Part shown: positions 27,501-31,134 of the stretch, piece by piece
Position numbering within the stretch: position 1 is the first letter of the stretch
How the letters are laid out: each line of letters begins with the position of its first letter
Source of the DNA: a virus
Direction: 5' to 3' (one strand)
Length of the DNA stretch: 64,000 nucleotides
IMG/VR virus record: IMGVR_UViG_3300006925_000010
Location: 15,571-79,570 of that record
Made by a program: the position numbers and the translations under genes
Notes under the pieces: model-generated
Database searches by the model: none
Seen by the model: only the letters and a program-made list of their open reading frames with translations
Told to the model about the DNA's origin: nothing

Positions 27501-28077
27501 AGGTGCATTCGGAACATCACCACAAGACCACGCAGTTGATACAGCAGTATATAGTGCAGAACAGAACGAACATTTCAATCATTTGAATCCTTCAAGTAAT
27601 GTATGGTTAGATACCGGTACAAGATATGGAACTCCGCAATCGTGGGACAACGACGAGTGGGACGAAATAGAAGCGGCAAACATTGCAACAGCAGATGTTG
27701 GTGTAACAATCACTAATGTAACTTCAACAACAGCAACACTAACAGCGATAGGTACAGGATATGCTAATGTTGTTATAGGTGAAGGTGTTAGAGTATTTGC
27801 TAATGCTAATGTTAGTTTATTTGAAGTAGTAGAAATATCAGCAAATAATAGCGGTGTGTGGACAATAACAGCAAGTAACCAAGACACATTAGATAATACA
27901 TTATTTGTAGAAAATGGAACAGCAACATTGAGAAACTTTGTGTACGGAGCACAAAGCGACGATGATGACTTTGATTCAGCAAGTGTAACAGGCCAGTCAG
28001 CATTGAGTTTAGCAGATAGAGGAAACGCAGACTTGGCAAACATAAACAGTATTATGAAGTTTTTACATAAACTTTAA
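6589..28077 (+). CDS. Giant virion structural protein (7162 aa), baseplate wedge/tail-associated, with YHYH-like, CBM5/12-like and PA14-like domains and GSGY beta-repeats
   Basis: Uninterrupted 21.5 kb ORF; GGAGG at 6575-6579 and TAATG overlap. Motifs RPNTHPWEMLGF, IVGWAFDGLPIYGPYG, WKPGVTYNTGNIVQY, GYFKAPYTGRYQ..SDDG, VGKVWWDTS, YMNEVKP. Confidence 0.8.
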   Translation: MATVNFVGATNTVGPFAINGYYPLYATETASNTHNGGNGTSHMHVFFGQNFYMPNGLTLGSTFFHGDYDGSLTAEYNQSATTNSASNIQGYHYYKLDKTAPEYHNAWRMIDSPTNQRIITSYSFTQIDIDAGIKEFWIGCYPDVDTTRACGYDIIIKINAIEDTNFTYGAVNREGFVQFPTTKTFKAGDFIEISASAEKGLVNTTGVRKYELPLSWGHNTLNADITNISSPEFTGHFKKHIEGQSSFAGESLGSNNYQDSKKVVGVEDDIVQTNQDTLLGAFLVDDQPANLVDAIRFNANEYTKFKNRLRHEIEKFYTEKATTGLTNNYILEQVLRNVTSFRIGNDVFNKTYILPFGDNYTKEDFIVTLDTTAYNLSNYLDLDKIENSLLVYLNDKLLVIEKDYIISSFNPIQITLVTPASGGDSLCTKLYNAERDSAQCPPTPSTMGILPLHRPEIVTDNSFSTPISTLVGHDGSRQKAFGDFRDDILLEFETRVYNSAKAEFRTANSLPAYSSIDIRCGAFRNTGYSHGEFYDLIRHYFAAWTVNEKLDPIVNEFYDVNNDWTWNYSNTELPGHWRGFYEFHYDTVRPNTHPWEMLGFTEKPLWFDEEYYVYAIDDIDRLIPSINYSSTNTKLWNDLEEGIIRQGPRKNTASYKISNPYRRIGLSKVLPIDADAKLISPYKIKSTDTTTITVSWTPSEGSADDVFPFRSNSFRKLQGINVTVADKLYVESNNLPTATKKTIEQVTSFEIPRLTQLTNQAAWSASPQIKAKAIGVLVNGDPLMSIDSNTQWDTDKDILDATWIYNKAQQKDLTNPVITPEGIATHYTIGPDVLGLTEWSTTTASPIVGWAFDGLPIYGPYGYSDASDNTSSIVRIESGWELDTRTRGTANSDETTGPGGKPTGQFIKDFKISSNAGSGGYTDSYNLRLAVTADSATPIYHYVATIDANGKPAFPYHVGGGIVGTDRWAGKFRAASVATGTISSIDVIDAGGLYTSAPSITITGDGSGATATAVITDKKITSITINTPGAGYTYATATVTGNGVRGKVRVNVLGKDNSTFAGTRNQGENPAIGSIKSTTYSTKIGVDGIWKLGDGAPVENAFKYSSAFAFAQTEALLLAKPGRFATIFSDPTQLERPTVNNAQLLSKSTKKRWKFLDTTDFKIHGDVDVNSGKMITNIGYTQFINSWLKFQGLDTVLNFVNPLRTLNVKLAHRMSGFIDKDTLTARTDQYSNDGNATSLIIPKENITTTLHSSNYKSRNFYSGVIIEKTKTGYRVRGFDKNRGYFEILQPVKTGKTVEVEVGGEAEAFTVWKPGVTYNTGNIVQYRNNFYIAPLRITSGNIFDTKVWQKLAKLPQVGSARAVHYVDTNNVVERVPYEIEYTTEQEVFDLLIGLGKFQQSKGFEFGEYSNDIGEVRDWAYSAKQFLFWTSGKWEIGNTLELSPLASKIKFVAPRGFIAKINRSDREQFTILDQIGEGIDPTDCTIVREDNFIEVTPPENKQIYSLMLYTKEVEHALVFDSTTDFSDVIYNQTFNQRHRRIRLKGQRTENWKGKFLSEGFIIDGDELLPNLDNLAESLGRYHEFGFIPVEKQVYNASRALFGYTERDYLTELDIQDDEQFDFYRGMIQGKGTSESLGRIARSSAVISGNVNIFDEWALRVGDFGDTDNNQSIELKLIKSDIKQDPQLITLDFPEDVTNIVSRIDIIDPNYAYNSVPTIEISQPPVGGVQATATAFLDSDTNKLQKITVTNSGSGYGEIPTARVLASDILISSGTSTIPKVVATTSNYFDFTQTSASIIIADGISSNAAVTVNVTNGGSAITTANVLAAVNDNVSINANVQLNLIPSEVISGSTTVTKYTAQFVGNDFYLQSGANFGHATSNVHYQPTQRYAVSSAMAGSTSQTTIDDVEVSINDTAIANSLFTYDAGSVNTSTTTVTYPSLNTTATRAEGEILFPEQNNSFTITLSTPIDLNNLEVDTDGDYKFIELYIGDVLISNSKNSISFGDHDNNSGTADQEYITVNGTMFTIAANGASITFPDVSRLPDSVKTTIKNPPTQTQAAGKQQQLVKVIPTGSVIKVIEDPTVQLDASLKSDISGAKLNIRVTAQDGIAVRMGTKRNYLITEDDKSDNTILIDIDDATRFIKKPTGVKENNLWPVTKLVNSTGIYDNKYATVRNAGYVNSSNVTFQAFDVASIPDLYGDDLLLTPTTNDLIHVAKSENADWNVYKLTKTDASVHYLERQDSGKVNLITNFSLFNYLDTNEIGQPNTGRYLDYVLSLDNPNVNNNVVVWTNEEVVARKESKIKDFEAPQMIQARIKSIGPRVNKTISAVAPHFGKAITGITLTPKNDSDTVVATGNLSDLQELDAFELVDGVGVVTRNPATISGPTNTDEITVDPIRVESIAITNGGSGYTARPTVSITNSAGGDNATAVAEISGPITNSVTIGNAGAGYSADNISIVFSPPENVDATTGLSNVATATATLGSDGEITAITVTNVGSGYTAAPTITVLGDSTDRALLTATLNASVDNIVIINGGSGYSSVSPTVAIAGGGGSSATATATKTTVATTPIAKLFAAAGNDATKVKIKFLAGIKDSLEFDTSRTEPEQATLDAILSVKDEPFKLKSYNNTTGTFVLKHSSFAVANVLTNLENIGYESKVTTTYTPSGANFFVAANTGFRRFEFQDITAGATIGYSTNVTIKHLNKTKLTVTNHSMRVGDVIRVFTNTFSGAYKIDLIVDENNIVIKAPYIPGFSSGSVYGEGIEIKTIGAHGISPIYAASDKTISVHFADPKSYNRKYIIDHVTPESIFISGRWAPATGTSTYYEHKVGTVTGQTAYNGSNQSTATNIINVTDDLKLSESLLTYTGNGQIVPPQHVTTSGNKVYIQPAALPAVTSSAVYPPVEIAVVRQRSRDMNRYPLVTTGDFDTVTINGSQIKIDNINSASAVESSINRHMKLKREHVKANQSGIEIGFAMLNDPNTPLYDGKKAGALANYNPYVHDPELIAKLSNGELTVEREIEYQATGEEDIDYNFNKGPDNRGPVFGLTYTDQDTNIYYVWNPTRSKYIPYTNLEGGTEPNREETPRPMPSNHVTVPSGATIYGPWQPSVSFTISDNPLENIAYIKDTVVSKDGKVYKATADITFSNNMVFEPARWTEVVGNKTSNDPETFFADDYEASIDHLIPKLIPGTATTVGSAPGVKRTVYNMEATQTKTLADSSTVTLPMFRLHPSSENIFEVYQLVQNDGAGSANGPVYYILLDKVNPELVNAEIDYNATVNEYSSFGNYKKTEYYYVNEIIPTVDANLRITNANDPIRLESTLNVVSLPPVEPATFVGLQFVEEPFAVSGGNSSDAIANLQSIPELSIEGNNVVVNSTGFNNYLMWTPGLGPRQWRPNAEGPGFLPGVNGNDTHFGYGRGYYSLNDTHLPADYPDIASYYQEGRTAYNGVMPRFMYSKKFTVSPIAVNHPVETFTDAEGNIISHAEADILGLDGVVTQPTYVPSTDEDTGNTGLRPEEVFVACFWTEEFIYEDQLTGVDYNTTSANGQPTPTYSNYTGTVVRVKYIRLTELPANAFTQRLIPDTGWAGRGWNNLVSDSLPEQINEDNIFDYFNPVPTVGGATDSDDPEVTIVLGLGDGETAEDSVAITNTGQLAPDKKVAHTVPATQLGPILNGDFFNGLPGPCATLPLLTPPDEDTRACDDVPNIHEYLAIDNYSAQLRGNDVTVTEEEAIEVGLDQSGEVTYNDNMSFDYSRGLSSGTFADTYDNANWQFVNVKVSGSHPLRVFFDSLEGDLKHLGIVVVQNSEPYFSELGGKADLIGNWVRSSSSNNRPQKEIDWWANARVVESTLVSGQPIGTRGDQVAQYGANSIGADNKKRDSVVDSLIISQDDHRNLLEKDFDSSSNKPINSNEHRVSANHIHTQTGPFSEPIEEDTTLSYSDEGANATRWLVNDIGVRGIGFIGSQVNCALGEYVTVFFRPDDSITRSDLGTKLQWQAVIDFHGAVVDGSELGAPVPPCLEGHSTAYAQGARRRSWRGRNSWGYFGQHRSSRERFDPNKTSQRKCHLDNIYFPYGKLPQPYNSNAYTEMADANWGSWTTCHNDNKFAGWRENQELAQRTILSLNKTTLNTYSTDEIKGYFKAPYTGRYQVNGYSDDGIWVWISSEYTNTTYAGKPVRRGVDDLAGIDGDTRHEYFKEDGFRAQDKYNYHRDNCLLRTGWLTTDDNVKTNKPGVRYVDMEAGKYYFMRIITGNNKGPGYYDATWTCRTNVSNFTLTQQEADEGNHQYTNGSVKTGRFTFTGRICNVENPATGSSNSSNYGGNDNQNTNTSDGVNGEGNTGATGVGGGWYNRYSQFATDTQARRYEALARQQGIFDQRTSAFTGAQIQAWNDVGVACPPGASGSQCDRSTSVSGSSDTPGVAPGYVGNYGQIDGEWITLPDGQRVWIPRTDIYENINLNIGSVFNTTTPGQRFLTGFNFLPYSMKLPVKAPLLDTNSYAFSEGDLSQSVAISGQAQRVSGGLVIPFAKKLTPVSRQTYVLKSEESSSEPWAKNLENNKDINKTTKYVKYTPKKIGSTVTIGGTTINNVTSSGAGDYWNKTNNNTTTEYTGPAYSEPDVNTQTDSGSTETVNNASTNDSNTMATQRQELAIADVNDIIYNQMPVISIVPRQLDNNGNFYNGGPTAEVYLRQPTPEVDIDINDLIGITDGTELLVNGRRIVKRGTSGIDIKTQINCANMGVSAEINEDTNTLTLISCSSNPMTFGNGCGGGTFKQVGDFHVNRGFDQSKTTSESFIAPFIGPNTDLYKTGSGNATVAIGGGGAGGIPGLSESINDYRRKPDGNLEKFFRQPSGLPDVYELPARVPMETTNKSTGGSNYRVGDRLRLIGGTPESGLLGPLNSEVCIESAGSGYTNPANLTVIFNESTTTPGVGGAATVTELDENGGIANVVVINQGAAYDPNNPPTLTIHDTSPLPTIIDVNAGWTSNITLTAGQVAAITESIPVSNANGTNSDDVVINKRFVRAIGTYAMGAEQSYTVASSDVSIVSDDSMTDSVKITLPITTNHIRPDSYVKLKYYPGSTLDDYYISVNGAVTSSTTFVLDSLNDAGGQLFIKTGQVVSYNNSGTMTILGYVTNVNTSTKTVTLDTAVTLTDDQTLYFVDPQEKLYYIPKKTAGGIETVTNSYFVIQNSAFKNSNFVTNLFGAGATITITGRTPWYENYNANGNLVDTIDPFTPKNKAKLSIAVGDPTDRRNDGPLRVAKFIVTDVNDTGGITGIKIIDRGLYKEFPTDLTMGIPLEYDYALQGAMRINTDIPVAEQPGQILNEQKNTLGYGDPSHPELALYGGEHPEYQYTPFKSTEALSQRFAGEWLDADEQRKLNELSAKQNAGIQLSDNDRQLLDVLLAKLVDNLGYEQGYKHPDFEAYPEFIWDGAHFQPYSGTPGAYDPTTFICIDLRSADPGQYKDDPSGWAKLQFNLGNLILKTKIVETDPKKYNFGRYNPNETAGGSGARVFLTAQEIPNCTERGTAKDQLGLPDEVDQIIAPKSLARNINNGLRGAGYLPDEARAEFNPKGNIGEFKLISPQFDGFKIDSPNPGTLEKIGFPIGDYNNGMLCITAQLEKDDGTRYTEAEALADIQRLYDTNDDLGLLTATELKARFPSYDDGSLDNASVLTIVCAEVIQPPLRVNPFDKYGKGKMGPFDVLSPGNPNAFGLNDNNSIFGDGTMDVTREVFAYSISDMFGGNVTLKGVKSQNSPINIFASKRFNARNTIDELSVIATNTSAVPGLTSEANAWVDSYTNTRQAIIDNEAGVTDYTNTVYSMPDFVDGGWAYLENGVPQRWQTPLVDVHFINNALVYNPETGDKISNLDFWDPFKGILPGYIQNEISFISEHDPVSYNNARTNFGRSNVGKVWWDTSTIRYNWYEQGTDQERNARWGSAFPGSQVTVCEWIESKAKPSNWSGNGTPRWSNKFVTERRLDPKTNEYVMYYYYWIMNRTILDNKIKRSQGRQLDTRTIARYISDPVGYGLDMISFASDKSILLHNISDIKEEESHLQVNLSRNLNPEGISHTAWKLMREGDSSSTVPEHLSDKLIDSLCGENAEASPVPDPKLSEVEKYGIQFRPRQTMFNDVKSARRIMVSVLNRILSNIRVNSAYSGWDKTLPTARAYLTTTDWFAVSRIDAVTNESVRFNDSIKPVFNVTSVSELSGLKDIKDGTVVQVKSNQNDTSQLWMYDAPTKKFKLVSVVNDTVQLPKTVYTDNTNPTLSSELRLILIALRDNVFNNTSHWNELFFEMMKHAYMEQKQLSWAFKTSYLYIEKEENDLTNLNGFKADNFQKVLDYMNEVKPFSAKVREYKDGKKAPIDVIGQNNISDYDKPPFVDLVSGTVRILDENVELDTWIMSNSKQYIDYVTATKDGLQTSDPVRRANTTISFDRTNYLLTESAWDVANVSLESSIGYNIANLSVQTKQQVSANASVRAADKLFKFDAEVQAQFIAEVNTYYNDVTAARNTEIVGNGTVMAGLVTSGQLKNTLALIKEKVGGNFRGETLDATKFSSIVDQADYMSAIQSDFGFDSDLFDENTDNDDTVFTDSRDLTNYGPVTTYGIGDTKWDDVKQVVNYEGVFDSNANPVTLRRSGDSYDGFDGVTFQRVAYGEERPEELALLDPLESVIFTVTTSDFSRGEAGNVSVFDDLDTGNASLFHSTASLTEDNTSVAIINAGIGYKSPTVTITDAYGNNPTTTAVATASANAQGSITAITVSNGGAGYTEINLALTETLTEQTSAEALVDSNTLSLTSVANVLVGQIVTVNNIDISEVASINGTTVTLNSHLTSDIASGTTVTFRGQDFAYQLNNLVITSTAGVDPDDADNFFAVDNVDGWDSATGLGQAGSFDTALTVVQERLTTKVSPNAREVTYRMHHSLFGDVDYLRISGEATTKITKKMTLSSTSITVDDASFLPNPTSIVPGSIWVGDERIQYGRRSGKVLSALTRGAFGTSPQDHAVDTAVYSAEQNEHFNHLNPSSNVWLDTGTRYGTPQSWDNDEWDEIEAANIATADVGVTITNVTSTTATLTAIGTGYANVVIGEGVRVFANANVSLFEVVEISANNSGVWTITASNQDTLDNTLFVENGTATLRNFVYGAQSDDDDFDSASVTGQSALSLADRGNADLANINSIMKFLHKL

Positions 28078-28101
28078 AATTAAAAGGTGCTTTAATAAAG
28101 T

Positions 28102-28109
28102 GATAAATA
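28102..28109 (+). promoter_or_regulatory. Late-promoter-like GATAAATA
   Basis: One mismatch to TATAAATA, intergenic, just upstream of ATG 28115. Confidence 0.55.
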
Positions 28110-28114
28110 AAGGT

Positions 28115-28780
28115 ATGAGCAAGGATAAATTAAAAGAAACGAAAAAACCAGAAACAAAACCTGATGATAATATGGGACTAAATGTTAGCGGACACATCTT
28201 AATAAGAGATGCAGAGACTAAAGAAGAACTGGTAAACAAAAGAAACGCAATTCATTACGGTAACATGGCGTACATTGTTGCTCAAGCATTGACTAATCAA
28301 GACGATGCATTTATTCACTACATGGCGTTCGGTAATGGTGCAACAAGTGTCGATACCGCTGGTAAAGTAGTTTATAAAACACCGAGGGTAACAGAAGGGT
28401 ATGAATCAGGTGCAAACTTATATAGTAGAACTTTTGCTAAGCCAGTTAGTACTGATGCAGAAAATCCATCAAGTGAACGAGCAACTAATAAAATCGAAGT
28501 TATCCCAGGTGTAAGTTATACAGATTTAAAGATTACATGTACACTAGGATACAGTGAACCAAACGATGCTGATGCATTCGATAGTAGTGTATCCAATGAA
28601 GGAAACTATGTTTTTGATGAACTAGCATTATTTTCTAAGCCAACAGCAGATAGTTATGATGGATGGGCAAACGGTATCGATTCTAGTACTATGCTTACAC
28701 ATGTAATATTTCACCCAGTACAAAAAAGCAAAAACAGGGTAATAGAAGTTATCTACACAATTAGAATACAATTAAGTTAA
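28115..28780 (+). CDS. Putative baseplate/tail-fibre anchoring protein (about 221 aa)
   Basis: ATG at 28115 follows a late-promoter-like GATAAATA. Lies between baseplate and fibre genes; motifs HYMAFGNG, VFDELALF, THVIFHPVQKS.NR resemble tail-collar-type proteins. Confidence 0.6.
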   Translation: MSKDKLKETKKPETKPDDNMGLNVSGHILIRDAETKEELVNKRNAIHYGNMAYIVAQALTNQDDAFIHYMAFGNGATSVDTAGKVVYKTPRVTEGYESGANLYSRTFAKPVSTDAENPSSERATNKIEVIPGVSYTDLKITCTLGYSEPNDADAFDSSVSNEGNYVFDELALFSKPTADSYDGWANGIDSSTMLTHVIFHPVQKSKNRVIEVIYTIRIQLS

Positions 28781-28791
28781 GAGGATAAACT

Positions 28792-31134
28792 GTGCCATAT
28801 ATTATAGACAACAGAGCAGGACAAGCCATTACTATTCCAGATGGTGCCCTCAACCAAGACTTTTCAATTGAATTAGTAGGTAGAAATTATACTAATTACG
28901 GTGAACCTATTGCAAAATCATTTATAGATTTACTTAATAACTTTGCTAATAATACAGCACCTACAAAACAAACTAACGGTCAAGTATGGTACGATACATC
29001 TAAAAAAGTACTTAGAATATACGATAGTGTCGGCGGCAACTGGGTTCCAATGACGCCATTGATAAGTGCGTCTGGTGTGCCAAGTGGTGAAAACGCAACA
29101 TCTACAAGTTATTACGATCAAACAAATTCTAAATTTTATATTAACGATGGAACAGGTTATAAAGTTATAGGTTTAGCAGGTGAAACTAACACAAGTTTCT
29201 CAGGTGAAACAGCAGTTTCGTCTCCTACACGATACGGAACAAGACTAAGAAATATTTTCTTAGAAGACTCTTCATCAGTACCAAGAGCCGTTACAGCAAT
29301 AGTAACAACAAACAGTTCAGGTGCCGCTCCAGGCTTCACAAACGAAGAACAGATAGTTGCAATCTTTAGCGGACACGCAGAGTTTACTGCAGGTGATATC
29401 ACAAGTTCAACAGAAGGTGAAGCAGTAAATTACTATACGCAATTAACAGCAACTGGTGGCATTGGTGCAACTATTAAGCCAGGCTTAAACTTAAGAGCAG
29501 ACAACGACTCATTAATTAAAAATTCTAGCAGAGCATTTAGAAGTGATTCTGCATACAGTTTAAACACAGGTAGTTTTGGTTCAGACTCATCTAACATATC
29601 AGCAAGTGCGGTATTCCATAATGCATCAGATTCTATTCCTAACACCGATAACGTAATTGACTTAGGAACAAGCAGTAAGAGATTTGCAGAAGGACACGTT
29701 ACTAGTTTAACATCGACAAATATTTTAGCATCTGGTACAGCATCATTGGGTGCATCCGGAACACCATTTACAAATGCTTACCTTACAAGTGTAAACATTG
29801 CAGGGGCAGTAACATTTGCAGGGGCAAACAATTTAGGTACAACAAGTGCTAGAGCAGGAACTGGTTTCTTTTCTGGATTGGATACTTCAGCATTTAAACT
29901 AGGTACACAAGTATTCCCTGCTTCAGACGGAGCAAGTGGACAACAATTATTCACAGATGGGTCAGGTGCTTTATTTTGGAGAGACCCTGTAAGTTCCATT
30001 ACAAATATATTTGCAAGAGGTGGTACAGTAAGTTCTAATACAACAGCAGTAGTAAATGGAGTATCAGAAACTACATTCGCTATTGATATTGGAGCCGGTC
30101 CAGGCGTAACAGTACTAGACGACACTATTCAAGTTGACATAAGCAGTTTCACATCTGATAACTTGCCAGAGGGAACATCAAACTTATACTACACTAATGC
30201 AAGAGCACAGGCGGCAATTAGTGTTATTGATAGTGGAGGCTTAGGCAGTTTATCAGAATCAGGTGGTGCAATAACTTACGCAGGACCTAGCACAACCGAC
30301 ATTAGAGATCAGTTTAGTGCTGGAACAGGTATTAGCATATCAAGTGGTCAAATATCTACAGACGACAGTAATATTTCACATGATAACTTATCAGGCTTTG
30401 TGTCAAACGAACATATAGATCATAGTGCTGTATCTATAACAGCAGGTACAGGTTTAACAGGTGGTGGAACAATAGCATCTAGCAGAACATTAAATGTTGC
30501 AGGTGGCTACGGTATTACAGCAAATGCAAATGACATAGAAGTTGCAAATAGTGATATCAGAGCATTGTTTACTCCAGGAGTTGGCATTAGTATTAATGCC
30601 AGTGGAGAAATTTCTAACACAGGTGTATTAAGTGATCCAGACACCACAGACTTTGTCACCAAAGCAGGTACGCAATCAATTGGTGGTGCAAAAACATTTA
30701 CAACTGCCATTACTGCAACAGGTGGTATTAGTATGGGAGCGGCAGATGTAGCCTACACCGGCACATTGGTATTCACTGGAGGTAGTGGATCAGTATCATT
30801 TGGAACGGGTGGTACTATAAGTGCAACGGGTGACATCACAGCATTCTCTGATCGTAGATTAAAAGAAAATATAGAACCTATTGATAATGCACTAGAAAAA
30901 CTTCAATCAATTAATGGTGTAACTTTTAATACCATAGGCCAAGAAAAACGTCAAGCAGGACTAATTGCACAAGATTTACAAAAAGTATTACCAGAAGCAG
31001 TTCACGAAAACGAAGATGGCATGTTAAGTGTTGCATATGGTAACACAGTTAGTTTACTTGTTCAAGCAATCAAAGAACTGCAGGCGGAGGTGGCTGAGTT
31101 AAGGCAGGAGTCATCATCCAATGCCAATAAGTAA
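28792..31134 (+). CDS. Tail fibre protein with C-terminal peptidase S74-type intramolecular chaperone
   Basis: GTG start with GAGGA upstream; G/S/T-rich shaft; C-terminal FSDRRLKENI...GLIAQDLQKVLPEAV...VAYGN...LVQAIKEL is the S74 signature. Confidence 0.88.
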   Translation: MPYIIDNRAGQAITIPDGALNQDFSIELVGRNYTNYGEPIAKSFIDLLNNFANNTAPTKQTNGQVWYDTSKKVLRIYDSVGGNWVPMTPLISASGVPSGENATSTSYYDQTNSKFYINDGTGYKVIGLAGETNTSFSGETAVSSPTRYGTRLRNIFLEDSSSVPRAVTAIVTTNSSGAAPGFTNEEQIVAIFSGHAEFTAGDITSSTEGEAVNYYTQLTATGGIGATIKPGLNLRADNDSLIKNSSRAFRSDSAYSLNTGSFGSDSSNISASAVFHNASDSIPNTDNVIDLGTSSKRFAEGHVTSLTSTNILASGTASLGASGTPFTNAYLTSVNIAGAVTFAGANNLGTTSARAGTGFFSGLDTSAFKLGTQVFPASDGASGQQLFTDGSGALFWRDPVSSITNIFARGGTVSSNTTAVVNGVSETTFAIDIGAGPGVTVLDDTIQVDISSFTSDNLPEGTSNLYYTNARAQAAISVIDSGGLGSLSESGGAITYAGPSTTDIRDQFSAGTGISISSGQISTDDSNISHDNLSGFVSNEHIDHSAVSITAGTGLTGGGTIASSRTLNVAGGYGITANANDIEVANSDIRALFTPGVGISINASGEISNTGVLSDPDTTDFVTKAGTQSIGGAKTFTTAITATGGISMGAADVAYTGTLVFTGGSGSVSFGTGGTISATGDITAFSDRRLKENIEPIDNALEKLQSINGVTFNTIGQEKRQAGLIAQDLQKVLPEAVHENEDGMLSVAYGNTVSLLVQAIKELQAEVAELRQESSSNANK

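Noticed and set aside
6589-28077. Intein or homing endonuclease inflating the giant protein
   Set aside because: No convincing intein N-terminal block, HN-C/S/T junction context or LAGLIDADG/HNH motif was recognised by eye; an HMM scan would settle it.
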